Counted from the stretch's first letter, positions 1-11,309 are shown. The stretch: 64,000 nucleotides of DNA from a virus (IMGVR_UViG_2756170314_000001:1-64000), one strand, 5' to 3'. Numbers and translations are program-made. Notes: generated from the letters alone by a model not told the origin.

Positions 1-2025
1 ATATGGGATTTTAACCATAAAATCGTTCCGGCGAAGACATTCAGTAATGCTAATAGTACTGATGCATTTTCTTATATCCTTCAAGGAACAGGATGGCAAA
101 TAGGAACAGATAACTTTTTTGGTGGAGACAAATCTTTAGAAATCGGTTCAGGAAACAATGCTCAGTATTGGTTAGATCAATTAATTAGCCAATATGAAGT
201 AGAAGTTCGAGCTTATGTTCAAGTTTATAACGGCCAGGTTGTAAATAAACTCATTGATATTGTCCCTGAATTAGGAGAATCAAACGGCCGTAGATTAGAA
301 TACTCTCATGATTTAACAGGAATTACTCGTACCGGTGATGATACTCAATTGTATACCCTCCTCCATGTATACGGAGGAAATGATAAGAACGGAAATCCCA
401 CCACAATCTCTTCTGTTAATGGTGGTAAGGATTATGTTGTTGATGATGAAGCAAACGACTTATACAACAATGGAGGTCCTTACCTAGAAGGATATATTAC
501 AAACGATCAAATCCTCAACCCAAGTGGTTTGCTTGATTGGGGTAAAAAGCAATTAGCAAACTATAACCACCCTAAATACACCTACAATGTTTCTGTAGCC
601 CACCTTAATTATGAAGTCTCCCTCGGAGATCATATCCGTGTTGTCGATTACTCTATGCAGCCAGAATTAACCTTATCGGCAAGAGTAATCCAATATGACG
701 AATCAAAAGCAAATCCTGAAAATACTCAAGTTGTTATTGGCGAATATGTTGAAATTGCAGCTGTAACTCCCGCAGAAATTTGGGCGCTGCGAGCTCAAGC
801 TTCTCAGGCCCAACAAGCTGCTGAAGAAGCAAAATCATATAAAGTAGAGTATTTCACTCCAGATGGGACCGATTTTGCTGATGGAACTAGCACAAAAAGA
901 ATCATTATTAGAGTCTATTCAGGAATGAAGGAAGTTACTACTTCAATTGATGATAGTAGTTACGTATGGCAGAAAATCAACCCCGATGGATCTCATGACT
1001 TAGAATGGGAAAGTTCGATGGTTGGGGTCGGAAACGTAATCACTGTAGGAAGTGAAGTTGCCGGAAGTACTATTAGATGCCAAGTTAATAATGGGATCTC
1101 AAGCCCTATTCTCTTTGCTTCTGAAGAAGACGCAGCTTATTTTGCTACTCTTCCCCTAACGAACAATAGTGGTGATGTTAATAAACGAGTAGCTCAATAT
1201 GCACAAGTGGATGCTATCAACGGAAATATTTATTGGTCTCAGGAATACTCTGGGCCGAAAAAATCACAGTATGGTGGATGGCAATCTTACAACATAACAA
1301 GAACATCAATTGACGGAACATACAAAGATCAGATGTGGGTTATCGGTGGAGGTCATGGATCTCAATTTGGAATTGAACATGTTGGCAGCGACATTTACAT
1401 TTGGTCTGCAATTATCGATACAAAAAGATCAACATTAAATGGCTCTCACTACTGGGGTATTGCTAGATTTAAATACATCCCAAATAAGGTTATTCAATTT
1501 GGTGACTCTAATTTGCAATTCTACATGATTGGTTCCTCTACAAAGTACCACCGTATTAATTATGATGAAAAAAATCAATATATTTTCGCAAGCACCGGTG
1601 AAGTAGACTTCTATGTTTGTAAGCGATCAGATATTGAAAGAGACAAGTGGAAGCCAATCTATACAATGTCTGGCGACGATGTTGGATTTGACGGTAAAAC
1701 TCAAACCTTCCAATCATCTGCCCTTGATTTTCCTTATGCTTACTTCTGCGCTGGCGATGTAAACGGTGAGGATCCAAGAATTATGTACTGCTGCGATATT
1801 CGTTCAAAATCGTTAGTCTATAGCATTAACTATACTTTCGATAAAGGAACAATTAATCAAATAGGTGAGTACGATGAACCGGAGTGCATCAGCTACTACT
1901 ACGATACAGACGGTAAGAAATGGGTTATTCAAGGTTTTTCATGGGGAAATGAAGATACTTATGAGACTCAACGAACTAATCAATTGTATAGATTAAACGA
2001 GCATAAACGAGGTGAAGAGTCTTGA
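1..2025 (+). CDS. Phage tail endopeptidase/tail spike with C-terminal P68/TagC-like receptor-binding domain (5'-truncated by window)
   Basis: Frame is open from base 1 (ORF track starts at 349). It has the tail-endopeptidase-like C-terminal motif (TYNVSVAHL..LGDHIRVVD..LSARV) and a GHGSQFGIE motif of teichoic-acid-binding RBPs, and lies in the tail module. Confidence 0.75.
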   Translation: MWDFNHKIVPAKTFSNANSTDAFSYILQGTGWQIGTDNFFGGDKSLEIGSGNNAQYWLDQLISQYEVEVRAYVQVYNGQVVNKLIDIVPELGESNGRRLEYSHDLTGITRTGDDTQLYTLLHVYGGNDKNGNPTTISSVNGGKDYVVDDEANDLYNNGGPYLEGYITNDQILNPSGLLDWGKKQLANYNHPKYTYNVSVAHLNYEVSLGDHIRVVDYSMQPELTLSARVIQYDESKANPENTQVVIGEYVEIAAVTPAEIWALRAQASQAQQAAEEAKSYKVEYFTPDGTDFADGTSTKRIIIRVYSGMKEVTTSIDDSSYVWQKINPDGSHDLEWESSMVGVGNVITVGSEVAGSTIRCQVNNGISSPILFASEEDAAYFATLPLTNNSGDVNKRVAQYAQVDAINGNIYWSQEYSGPKKSQYGGWQSYNITRTSIDGTYKDQMWVIGGGHGSQFGIEHVGSDIYIWSAIIDTKRSTLNGSHYWGIARFKYIPNKVIQFGDSNLQFYMIGSSTKYHRINYDEKNQYIFASTGEVDFYVCKRSDIERDKWKPIYTMSGDDVGFDGKTQTFQSSALDFPYAYFCAGDVNGEDPRIMYCCDIRSKSLVYSINYTFDKGTINQIGEYDEPECISYYYDTDGKKWVIQGFSWGNEDTYETQRTNQLYRLNEHKRGEES

Positions 2026-2414
2026 TAATGGGAAGTGTTGATATTGCTTTTACAAATTCTTCTCAGGTTGCTCAGAATGCTCAAACCATTGCAACAACCA
2101 CTCAAGAAAACCTCAATGAAGTTAAAAACAATATCGTTTATAAAATAGATATTTTATCTACGAACGGCACCTCTTTCAAGAATGGATTAATAGATACCAC
2201 CCTCGTCGCTGTTGCATTCAAAGGCAAGGACAACATTACAAGCAGTTTGCCTTCTTCGTCATTTATTTGGACGAAAACAAATGCTGATGGTACACCTGAT
2301 GACGAATGGAATCAAGCTCATGTCGGAGTTGGGAATACCATAACGATCACATCTGAAGATGTATATAGTCGAGCAACATTTCAGTGTGATCTAGATATAG
2401 AAGATGAAGTGTAG
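2022..2414 (+). CDS. Small baseplate/tail protein, paralogous to an internal domain of the upstream gene
   Basis: Overlaps the upstream stop. YKIDILSTNGTSF...WTKTNADG...VGVGNTITI aligns by eye with YKVEYFTPDGTDF...WQKINPDG...VGVGNVITV. Confidence 0.65.
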   Translation: MIMGSVDIAFTNSSQVAQNAQTIATTTQENLNEVKNNIVYKIDILSTNGTSFKNGLIDTTLVAVAFKGKDNITSSLPSSSFIWTKTNADGTPDDEWNQAHVGVGNTITITSEDVYSRATFQCDLDIEDEV

Positions 2415-2431
2415 TAAGGAGCGAAAGTTTT

Positions 2432-4099
2432 ATGGCTATCGTAGCAAGTGGTCAAACAACTATTATGGATATGAATGATGCAATTATTTCAGGTACAGCC
2501 CCCACCTCCCCCACTGTCGGTACCCTCTGGATCGATTCCTCTGTCTCTCCAAACGTTTTAAAAAGTTGGAATGGTTCATCTTGGGTAATTCAATCCTTAG
2601 CATTATCAGGATTAGATCCAGCTGCCAATACAACTTTGACAAATACAACTAAGACAGCTAATGAGGCAAAATCTACAGCTGATTCTGCCAAATCAACGGC
2701 TGATGCAGCCAAAACAGCTGCGACAACAGCTCAAACTACAGCTAATGGGAAAAACAAAGCTTTCCGACAATCTACCCAACCAACTGGAACATTAACTGCA
2801 GGCGACTTATGGTTTGACACAGCTAACGGAAATAGAGTTAGCATTTACGATGGTTCGAAGTGGGTTTTATCACAGTTTGGAAATGCTGCAGTTGATAATT
2901 TAGATGCTGGTTCAATTACTACAGGTACTCTAAAAGCAATTGATATTTCAGCTTCATTTGTTGATTCAAACGGTCAGGTGAATGGCACTTATTTTGATGG
3001 TGATGAATTTAGATTTATGAAATTTAAGTCTGGTGTTAGTAACCCAGATTTAAAGAACCCGAACACTTCAGATATTGAACAACTATCGAAAATATTTGTT
3101 GATGGGTTTGCTTATGCGACAAGTACTTCTGCTTATGGGCTAGGCGCTTCTGGGCTCTTTTACGAAGGAGTTGGAGAAGAAAATATAGGTGCATGGTCGA
3201 TTGGTTCTAGCGCGGCAGGGACAATGACCGTAGTTTCTGATTCTAATATTGATATTGAAGTTGGATCGGGCCAAACCATTTCTTTATATGGAAATGTCTT
3301 TCTCGGTGGTGACTTGAACGCTAGCAATCACAATCTCAATAACGTCAACCATATTACAATCAATGACGCAGGTGGTGGCGAAGGCATTGAATGGCTTGGC
3401 GGTAACGGATGGAAAATCGTTGAGTCTGATAACAACCTATCTAATGTTTCAGCCGGAGCTTTACAGATTGCAAGTGGTGGTCAAAGAAGAATGTCTATTT
3501 CCACAGCTGGTAATGTGTATCTTTCCGGAACTACCTTCAAAGGAGAGTCTGGTGGGACTACTCATTTCGCTAGTCAAGGTACAGCAAGACTGGTAAGTGA
3601 TGGCGGTGCCGAATTCCTAGTCGGATCAGATGGTACAGGTTCACGTGTTTGGTCAATGGATATTTACAATAGAACCTATAGTTCGTCTCCAAACTTATAT
3701 ATCACAGGTGCTGGGACCCTAGGGAGAAGTACATCGGCTCGAAAATATAAATTATTAGAAGAACCGATTTCCGAAGAACTTCCTTACAATATCTTAAAAC
3801 TTAACCCAAAAACTTGGTTTGATAAATCGGCTGTAGAGCAATTTGCTTCAGCAATTGAGAGAAGTGAAGATCTCACTGATTCAGATATTCCTTACCTTGA
3901 AAGAATAGGCGGATTAATTGCTGAAGATGTTGAAGATGCTGGATTATCCTTATTTGTTCACTATAGTAATCCAGATGAAAATGGCCACCGTGAAGTTGAA
4001 GGTTTAATGTATGACAGACTATGGGTTTTGCTAATTCCGTTGGTTAGAGAACTTTTTAACCGAGTTGAAACACTTGAAGAAAAACTTAAAAGGAGATAA
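2432..4099 (+). CDS. Tail fibre protein with C-terminal intramolecular chaperone (peptidase S74-like)
   Basis: Ala/Thr coiled repeats and GDLWFDT repeats. C-terminal S-ARKYK...GLIAEDV...YDRL plus a coiled end is typical of S74 chaperones. Confidence 0.8.
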   Translation: MAIVASGQTTIMDMNDAIISGTAPTSPTVGTLWIDSSVSPNVLKSWNGSSWVIQSLALSGLDPAANTTLTNTTKTANEAKSTADSAKSTADAAKTAATTAQTTANGKNKAFRQSTQPTGTLTAGDLWFDTANGNRVSIYDGSKWVLSQFGNAAVDNLDAGSITTGTLKAIDISASFVDSNGQVNGTYFDGDEFRFMKFKSGVSNPDLKNPNTSDIEQLSKIFVDGFAYATSTSAYGLGASGLFYEGVGEENIGAWSIGSSAAGTMTVVSDSNIDIEVGSGQTISLYGNVFLGGDLNASNHNLNNVNHITINDAGGGEGIEWLGGNGWKIVESDNNLSNVSAGALQIASGGQRRMSISTAGNVYLSGTTFKGESGGTTHFASQGTARLVSDGGAEFLVGSDGTGSRVWSMDIYNRTYSSSPNLYITGAGTLGRSTSARKYKLLEEPISEELPYNILKLNPKTWFDKSAVEQFASAIERSEDLTDSDIPYLERIGGLIAEDVEDAGLSLFVHYSNPDENGHREVEGLMYDRLWVLLIPLVRELFNRVETLEEKLKRR

Positions 4100-4107
4100 A
4101 AGCATAT

Positions 4108-4587
4108 ATGATAACACGAATTGAACAACAAATGCTTGATGAAGGTATCTCTTCTTTTACTCAATATGATATGAACACCTTGATTGTAAGAATTGCTGAT
4201 AAACTCGGGAAGCTCCCATATGAAATTACGGAGGATGTAATACTTCAACATCATAAAAATTTAAAAAATGATCTTCTTTCAGAGGCTTGTGAAGAAGAAA
4301 TTATTAAGGGTTTCACGGCATCAAATGGCCATGCTTATAGGACTAATCGGGACGATCAAGTTAATATGATTGGCCAGAAGGACATTTTAGATGACACCAA
4401 TACTGATGAACCAATTAAATGGAAAACAGAAGATGCCGGTTGGATAGATCATACAAAAGATGAATGGCTTCAGGTGTACAAAGAAGCTTTTGATTTTAAA
4501 AAGTCCACCCTTCTTAAATACGCTACATTAAAAGACCAAGTAAATAATGCAACGACACATGACGAAATCCTAAAGATAGCCATTTGA
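4108..4587 (+). CDS. Tail-fibre-associated protein (DUF4376-like)
   Basis: Follows the tail fibre; has the DDQVNM...WKT pattern of fibre-assembly proteins. Confidence 0.55.
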   Translation: MITRIEQQMLDEGISSFTQYDMNTLIVRIADKLGKLPYEITEDVILQHHKNLKNDLLSEACEEEIIKGFTASNGHAYRTNRDDQVNMIGQKDILDDTNTDEPIKWKTEDAGWIDHTKDEWLQVYKEAFDFKKSTLLKYATLKDQVNNATTHDEILKIAI

Positions 4588-4624
4588 ATAAAACTGAATT
4601 TTTAGAATACAAGGAGAGAATATA

Positions 4625-4831
4625 ATGAATGTAAACCCCATTGAATTACACCAGCTGATCATTGAGGATTTGAAACAACAAAATTCTATTCTATCAGAAC
4701 AAAGATCAACTCAAGTAGCTATTAATAAACTGGCCCTAAAAAGAATTGAGGAATTACAAGGGACGGTTGCTCAACTCGAACTGAAAGTAAAGAATCTTGA
4801 AGAAGAATTAGGCAAATCAAACAAAAAGTAA
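4625..4831 (+). CDS. Hypothetical coiled-coil protein
   Basis: RBS AAGGAG; 68-aa ORF in the late operon. Confidence 0.6.
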   Translation: MNVNPIELHQLIIEDLKQQNSILSEQRSTQVAINKLALKRIEELQGTVAQLELKVKNLEEELGKSNKK

Positions 4832-4873
4832 GGCACTCATTATTGAGTGTCTCTTTTTTATGGAGGAAAACAG

Positions 4874-5143
4874 ATGGAGCAAAAAGATTATGAAAGAATT
4901 GCTACATTAGAAACCCAATTAGAAACGCTTTCTAAGGGGCTTGAGAGAATTGAAACGAAGTTAGATGCTTACTCAACGAACTTTATTACAAGGCTTGAAG
5001 CAGACATTCATTTCAAAAATCTCGAAAAAGAAATTGATGAAATCAAACAAAATAAACGAGCTAATAGCGCATTAATAGTCAGTTGTTTATCAGTTATCCT
5101 CTCGACTGTTTTTGCGTTAATAAACTTAATTGGAGGTAAGTAA
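4874..5143 (+). CDS. XhlA/BhlA-like lysis accessory membrane protein
   Basis: GGAGG RBS before ATG 4874; coiled coil plus C-terminal TM helix; directly upstream of the holin. Confidence 0.7.
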   Translation: MEQKDYERIATLETQLETLSKGLERIETKLDAYSTNFITRLEADIHFKNLEKEIDEIKQNKRANSALIVSCLSVILSTVFALINLIGGK

Positions 5144-5147
5144 AAAG

Positions 5148-5441
5148 ATGAATTTCCTAAATGATCTTGATTGGTGGAAACACCTTGCAACTAATGTTGG
5201 AGGTGTTTTAACAGCAATTCTCGGATTTTTAAGCATCTTAAATCTCCACTTTGATTGGTTTAGCCCAGGATCTATTGATGCGTTTACAGCAATCATCGTG
5301 GCTATTGGAACCCTATTTGTTGGTTCATTCTCGACCGTTGTAAACACTTACCTGACTAAACGTAGTAAAGAGAAAGCAAAGCAGGTTGCTTATAAATACG
5401 ATACAGAATTAGTTGAAAAAACAGCGAAAAAATCTAACTAA
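5148..5441 (+). CDS. Holin
   Basis: Two hydrophobic helices and a basic C-terminus; precedes the endolysin; GGAGGT RBS. Confidence 0.75.
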   Translation: MNFLNDLDWWKHLATNVGGVLTAILGFLSILNLHFDWFSPGSIDAFTAIIVAIGTLFVGSFSTVVNTYLTKRSKEKAKQVAYKYDTELVEKTAKKSN

Positions 5442-5454
5442 AGAGGCGATTAAA

Positions 5455-6768
5455 TTGAATAAACTAATTAAAACCGTTAGTGCGCTAGCTCTTTCTTTAG
5501 GGCTAGCTTTTTCTTTTGTTGCTCCTAGTTATGCGTCTTCCCTTCCATCTGTTGACTTCATTGATGTATCACATCACAATGCTGAAAATGGGTTGCCTCT
5601 ATCATTTTATCAAACAATCAAGGGATCCGGAGTGCAAGGTGTAGTTGTTAAAGTTTCTGAAGGAAGCTATTACGTTGATCCTGCTGCATCCGTTAATATT
5701 GCCAATGCTCGTCAAGCAGGTATGATTGTCAACGCTTATCACTTTGCTCGTTATACAAGCAATTTCGAAGCGAAGAAAGAAGCGATTTGGTTTGATAAAA
5801 AGCTTCAGTTGGTTGGGTTTGATAAGAAAAAAGATGGCTATGTAACCATTGATGTTGAAGCATCCGGTCTTGGTACATCTTCACAAGTAACTGAGTACAC
5901 CAATACTTTCATCAAACAAATGAAAGCTCTTGGTTATAGCCGTGTAGATTTGTATACCGGGTCTTACTACTACAATGGGCAGCTGATTCCTAGCAAACTC
6001 GTAGTAAATAAACCTTGGTTGGCTTCTTACCCAGCAAATCCAGTAAAGAACAAACCTACTGCCAAATTCACAAATGGAAAAGGTGCTTGGCAATGGGCTT
6101 CTGATTATAAATTCATCGGTATGTCTAGATACGGTAATTTTGACGTTTCAGAAGATTACGCAGGTAAGTACACAAAGAAAACGTCATCTACCCAAGTAGT
6201 TACAAAAGGGGTTGGAACCATTAAGATTGTTTCTTTAGTAGATTACATGAAATCTAAAGGAATGAATTCTTCTTTTTCTAACCGTTCGAAACTAGCTGCA
6301 GCTTATGGAATTGCAAATTACTCAGGAACTCAAGCTCAAAATCTTGCTCTTTTAGAGAAGATTAAAACTGGAACCCCAGTAGCAAAATCAAACACTTCTA
6401 ACAGTAAACTAACAACATCAACTCCTAAATCTTCTTCTTCATCTTCTAAGACAACAACTTATAAAGTTAAGTCTGGAGATACTCTTTCAGAAATCGCTGT
6501 GAAGTATAAAACTTCTGTATCTAAACTCGTGTCTCTCAACAAAATCAAGAACCCTAATAAGCTTTATATTGGTCAGAAACTAAAAGTGCCGACTAAAGCT
6601 TCCGTGGCTAAGAAAGCTGCATCTAAAACTTACTACACAGTGAAAAAAGGAGATAGTGTTTCTAAGATTGCTGTTAAATACAAAACCACTGTTTCTAAAA
6701 TCAAAAGTCTAAACAAACTTAAAAACCCGAACAAGATCTATGTTGGCCAAAAACTTCGGGTTAGGTAA
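5455..6768 (+). CDS. Endolysin: signal peptide, GH25 muramidase, two C-terminal LysM domains
   Basis: IDVSHH, VKVSEG, AYHFA, IDVE and WQW motifs of GH25; two [18 protein letters not shown] LysM repeats; N-terminal hydrophobic leader ending SYA. Confidence 0.9.
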   Translation: MNKLIKTVSALALSLGLAFSFVAPSYASSLPSVDFIDVSHHNAENGLPLSFYQTIKGSGVQGVVVKVSEGSYYVDPAASVNIANARQAGMIVNAYHFARYTSNFEAKKEAIWFDKKLQLVGFDKKKDGYVTIDVEASGLGTSSQVTEYTNTFIKQMKALGYSRVDLYTGSYYYNGQLIPSKLVVNKPWLASYPANPVKNKPTAKFTNGKGAWQWASDYKFIGMSRYGNFDVSEDYAGKYTKKTSSTQVVTKGVGTIKIVSLVDYMKSKGMNSSFSNRSKLAAAYGIANYSGTQAQNLALLEKIKTGTPVAKSNTSNSKLTTSTPKSSSSSSKTTTYKVKSGDTLSEIAVKYKTSVSKLVSLNKIKNPNKLYIGQKLKVPTKASVAKKAASKTYYTVKKGDSVSKIAVKYKTTVSKIKSLNKLKNPNKIYVGQKLRVR

Positions 6769-6775
6769 TCAATCT

Positions 6776-6806
6776 GGCTCCTACTTTTTGTAGGAGTCCT
6801 TTTTTT
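6776..6806 (+). terminator. Rho-independent terminator after the lysis cassette
   Basis: GGCTCCTAC-loop-GTAGGAGTC followed by a T run. Confidence 0.8.
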
Positions 6807-6877
6807 AAATTATAGTCCCCTCCCCTGGATCATCAAATAGACATAAAATTTCAATTTTATAATAAGGAGTCGGTTAA

Positions 6878-7855
6878 ATGGCTAAAAGAAATGCGATTTA
6901 TAGCGATGAATTATATGCTCAAGTAAATCGAGAAAATAAGGACCTCCTTGATGATTACATATTGGAAATGAAATCACGGAGAAAAAGTGAAAAGACCATT
7001 TATCAGTATACGGCTGATATTAAGATGTTTTATTGTTGGTCCGTAAAGAATCTCGGTAATAAATCGATCTTAAAAATGAAGAAACGCGATTTTCGTAGGT
7101 TCTTCCTCGAGCTTCAAGATTCAGGTACATCAGCTGCACGAATAAACCGTGTTCAATGTTCTCTTAGAAATATGCTTGAATTCGCAACGGAAGATGAAGA
7201 CGAATATGATTATGAGATTAACGCCATGAGAAGCATTAAAGGACTTCAAAAAGAAGAAGTTCGAGAAATCTTCTTCCTTACAGATGAACAAATAAGGCTA
7301 ATCGTTGATTATCTATTGGAGAAAGGTAAATATCAGAAGGCTCTTTATTTGACTCTATCCTATGAATCAGCTGGACGGAGAAATGAAGTATACCAAGTTA
7401 AAAAGCACGGATTCCTTGAGAACTCTAAAACGAATGAGGTTGTTGGAAAACGAGGTAAGAAATTTAAACTCTTATATTTCTCAAAGTCTAAAGAGATTGC
7501 ACGACTTTACTTTGATCAACGTGGAGAAGATGATATTGACTCCCTTTGGGTTGTTGGGAAAGGAGAAAGTAAACGACCGGCCACATATGAAACCCTCTAT
7601 AATTGGACAGTAAGCTTCAGATCAATTCTTGAAGAATTAACTGGAGAGTATATTGCTTTTAATCCCCACAGCTTTAGGCACTCAGCCCTCACTAACTACC
7701 ATGACGGTAATCATTATGTCCTTAAAGAATTAGGCAAAGACAAATTTGATTTAAAGGTCCTTAAAACTCTAGCAAACCATACGAGCGTTGAAACAACAGA
7801 AGGCTACCTTCCTGACCGTGATCAAGAAATTCTTGAAGAAGCTTTCGGAATTTAA
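6878..7855 (+). CDS. Tyrosine recombinase (XerC/D-like)
   Basis: SAM-like N-terminus; catalytic R (AGRRNE), K, HSFR, H and Y (TTEGY). Confidence 0.85.
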   Translation: MAKRNAIYSDELYAQVNRENKDLLDDYILEMKSRRKSEKTIYQYTADIKMFYCWSVKNLGNKSILKMKKRDFRRFFLELQDSGTSAARINRVQCSLRNMLEFATEDEDEYDYEINAMRSIKGLQKEEVREIFFLTDEQIRLIVDYLLEKGKYQKALYLTLSYESAGRRNEVYQVKKHGFLENSKTNEVVGKRGKKFKLLYFSKSKEIARLYFDQRGEDDIDSLWVVGKGESKRPATYETLYNWTVSFRSILEELTGEYIAFNPHSFRHSALTNYHDGNHYVLKELGKDKFDLKVLKTLANHTSVETTEGYLPDRDQEILEEAFGI

Positions 7856-7963
7856 GAAATAAGTCGCAGGTCCAAATTATCATTTTAAGGATTAATTCTT
7901 CATGACCACCCCTTCTTAATTTTCCCATGGTAATATTTTGATATTAAACTATTAAGAAAGGAT

Positions 7964-9589
7964 ATGGTCATGAAGGTATTTGAAGCGAAAACACTTCTTT
8001 CAGAATCAGAAAATCGAGCAAAAGAATATAAAGAATTAAAAAGCAAAATGGTCAAATTAAAGAAGGCCTTTAAAGCTGTTGCTGACTTAGATGATAGTGA
8101 GTTTTCCGGAAAAGGTGCCGATAATATCAAATCATTTTATGAGGATCAAGCCGGCATTGCTGATCAATGGATTGATCTGATTGAAATGAAAATTGCTTTT
8201 TTAACAAGTATTCCGGGTATCTTGGAAGATGCTAACTTATCTGATGCATACATAGAAGAATCCTTCTTAGAACATGAGTTGGTTAATGCTAATACTAAAT
8301 CAAAGGCCATCATGTCTGAACAGAAAAAAGCGATCAAAAACATCTTAAATGATATACACGACATCCTTCCCCTAGATGTTTTTTCAACAGAAGACTTTAA
8401 AGATAAATTATCTTCTGCTGATAAAGTACGAAAAAACACAGTCGAGAAAATAAGCGAAGTTGATGAAAACTTAACATCTGAATATGCTCTATCAGAATCC
8501 AATGAACAAATGATTCAGGCAGATTACCAGGCCTTGATTGAGGCAACTTCAAAAGGTAAAAGTGCTTCGCCCATCTATTATGATGCTAAAGCATATAGAG
8601 ACAGTGAAGTCCACAAGATGGCTGAGGATGTTAAAAAACAATCGACTGATTATATCTCCTTTAAAGATCAACAGGCTGAGCAAAGAAGGATTGCAAAAGA
8701 ACAGGAAGAGCTTGCAAATCGCCCATGGTACGAAAAGACATGGGATGTTGTTTGTAATTTTACAGGAGAAGTCTCTGGATATTATGATTATAAAAGGGCT
8801 GCCGATGGAGTTGACCCTGTAACTGGCGAAAAACTAACTGAGGGACAACGAGTAGCAGCTGGTGCAATGGCTGCTGCAGGATATGTTCCTATTGTGGGAT
8901 GGGCCGGTAAATTAGGGAAAGGTGTAAAAGCTGTTTATTCAACAGGCAAAGCTATCTCTAAAGCCGAAAAAGCCCTTGAAGTATATAAAACGCCTAAAAC
9001 ATTCTATGCTCTTCAAAACTCAAGTAAAGGGCTTTACGGACTTGCTTCGGCGAATGGTTTTAGTGAAGCTATAACCGGCCGAGATATGTTTGGGAATAAA
9101 ATATCTGATGAACAACGGCAGAATAGCCTTAATCAGGCTCTCGGTGTTCTTGGTGGATTTGGATTACGTGGAGTGAGCAAAAAGTTAAATGCAACAAATT
9201 CTGGTGTTTCTAAAAGACCGTCCTGGCGACAATCTGAAATCGATATTGGCAAAGAGTATCCGGGATATAAAGATCAAGTATCTTTCAAAGATAGAACTGA
9301 AGTAAAACATGGGACAAAGAATAGTTCTCGACCTGACTTTTATGATACTGGGCATAGTATTGAAGTGAAAAATTATAAATTGACCACATCATCAGGAAGA
9401 AGTAATCTTGTTAGAATAGTCTCTAATCAATTTAACAAAAGATTAAAAGACTTGCCTGAAGGAACCAAACAAACTGTTATAATAGACGTACGTGGTCAAA
9501 CTGTATCCAGAGATGTTTTAAGAGATGTTAAACGAAAAATAGACGAAAGAACAGATAGTAAAGCTGAAATAATATTTAAAATGGATTAG
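7964..9589 (+). CDS. LXG (T7SS) polymorphic toxin with pre-toxin domain and C-terminal restriction-endonuclease-fold nuclease
   Basis: [10 protein letters not shown]...[17 protein letters not shown]-terminus; [11 protein letters not shown] pre-toxin motif; RPDF...IEVKNY PD-(D/E)xK tip. Confidence 0.9.
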   Translation: MVMKVFEAKTLLSESENRAKEYKELKSKMVKLKKAFKAVADLDDSEFSGKGADNIKSFYEDQAGIADQWIDLIEMKIAFLTSIPGILEDANLSDAYIEESFLEHELVNANTKSKAIMSEQKKAIKNILNDIHDILPLDVFSTEDFKDKLSSADKVRKNTVEKISEVDENLTSEYALSESNEQMIQADYQALIEATSKGKSASPIYYDAKAYRDSEVHKMAEDVKKQSTDYISFKDQQAEQRRIAKEQEELANRPWYEKTWDVVCNFTGEVSGYYDYKRAADGVDPVTGEKLTEGQRVAAGAMAAAGYVPIVGWAGKLGKGVKAVYSTGKAISKAEKALEVYKTPKTFYALQNSSKGLYGLASANGFSEAITGRDMFGNKISDEQRQNSLNQALGVLGGFGLRGVSKKLNATNSGVSKRPSWRQSEIDIGKEYPGYKDQVSFKDRTEVKHGTKNSSRPDFYDTGHSIEVKNYKLTTSSGRSNLVRIVSNQFNKRLKDLPEGTKQTVIIDVRGQTVSRDVLRDVKRKIDERTDSKAEIIFKMD

Positions 9590-9600
9590 AGGTGTAAGAT

Positions 9601-10017
9601 ATGGCTGTAGGTTTTATGGTTGACTGTTTTTTCTATGAAGCCGGACATGGTGATTTTGTTCATTCATTCTTCTCAACAATCTCATATCACCTAGAAAAAG
9701 ATGGTTGGGGAACAAAATACCCTCTGTTAATGAATAACTTATATCATGATAAATTAGAGTGGACGGACGTCCCGGCAGCGAGAAAAAATTTAAAAGAAAT
9801 TGAAGGAGAACTTTCAAAGCTTTCTCCAGAAAAAGTTATTTGGGATATTGAAGACTTAACAAAAAACCCTCCTTGGGGAGATAACATAAGTCCAAAAGTA
9901 ACCAACTTATCAAATTATTTTGCAACAAACGACGGCCAGACTTTCTTCGAGGTACTATATAAAGCGATGGATGCTTCAGAAGAAGATAAATGTGATATGA
10001 CTATTCGAAATGTATAA
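9601..10017 (+). CDS. Cognate immunity protein (Imm70-like)
   Basis: Directly follows the toxin; FFSTISYHLE..WG.KYP.LM and WDIEDL..PPWG motifs. Confidence 0.8.
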   Translation: MAVGFMVDCFFYEAGHGDFVHSFFSTISYHLEKDGWGTKYPLLMNNLYHDKLEWTDVPAARKNLKEIEGELSKLSPEKVIWDIEDLTKNPPWGDNISPKVTNLSNYFATNDGQTFFEVLYKAMDASEEDKCDMTIRNV

Positions 10018-10040
10018 AGACCCTTAATAAAGGGTCTTTA
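10015..10040. terminator. Bidirectional terminator between convergent genes
   Basis: TAAAGACCCTT-loop-AAGGGTCTTTA inverted repeat. Confidence 0.75.
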
Positions 10041-10042
10041 TT

Positions 10043-11258
10043 TTAATAAGTACTTAAATACTTCTTCCAACCTTCTGGGGGGAGCTCTATCCGTTGGTCT
10101 GTTGGTATTAGAGTCTTCTCAATATTAGCAGAATCACACTCGAAGTTAGAAATTTTGGAATCTAAATCAACAAAGAAAGATATAGGTACAGTAAATTCCA
10201 CCTGATATAAAGAAGTATGAATATCATGGTAGTTTGCTGATACAATATTTGTTACATTTAAATCGGCTGAAATTAAAACTAAGTCTTCTACGATTAGTTT
10301 TTCTTTAATTATTAAATTCCTTATATGGCCTTTAGTTGCGTGAACATCATTAATATTCAATGAAAACGGAGAAATAGCGATTTCTGAATTGATTTTATTT
10401 AATGACTTTTTCATTTCATCTCTAATAATAAGTAAATGATCAAATTCATTTAATAAGTTCAAAACGTCTTCATTATTCAATTGATCTTTAAAATTATTTA
10501 TTCGAATATACGCCGACATATTTTCCATATTTTCATTTATGTGATGGAAAATTTCATTATGCATCTTACGGTGGCTATTAAATCTTTCATCCTTATTAAC
10601 CAGATCTTTAATACTTCTATATAATATAAAGTTATCGCAATCTTTTAATAACTCAGGATGAAGTACAGAACTAGAGTCTATACAAGTTATGTCAAAAAAA
10701 TCATTTACATTATTGGTAATAAAATAACAATTTTCCAACCTATTTTCTTTTACAAAAGATGAATAGGTTAACCAAAACACAGCATCTCTAAACTCGTTTT
10801 TTTTTCTTTCCATCAAAGAACGGGGCTTTTCTGTTTATAGCTCTTTCAATTAAATCTTTCATAAGATTATCATGAGGTTCTAAAATTTCTATTATCCCCT
10901 CTTGTCGGAGTTCATCATAATATTGGTCAAATTGCTGTTGGCATTGTTCCTTTGTATAAGGAGATATAGCTTCTTTCTCTGTCCCCATGTAATCTTTAAT
11001 TCCATCATTAAACTGCTCAAAATGAGAAAACAATTCATCAATTTTTTCAAAGTATTTATTTTTGGTTTCTGCGTAAACTACGGATGATATGTATATTTTT
11101 GATCTTTCATGTAAAAATTCTGAGTCATATCCAGTATCCTCTATGAACTCTCTATCCATTTGTAAACTCATTCTTACCATCTCTATTAATTGTTTATTGT
11201 GGTTATTTCTTAGAAATGGATCACTAAATAAAATATTTGTATCTAAAAAGAAGTTCAC
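10043..11258 (-). pseudogene. PIN-like (DUF4935-type) nuclease gene split by a frameshift in an A9 run
   Basis: The 10788-11258 ORF starts FFLDTNIL and ends KAPFFDGKKKK. The 10043-10816 ORF continues EFRDAVFWLT...FITNNVNDF. Removing one base at 10797-10805 fuses them. Confidence 0.75.
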
Positions 11259-11309
11259 TTTATGTACCTCCGATAACTGTAATAAACAAAAAGGACCGTT
11301 TAGGTCCTA

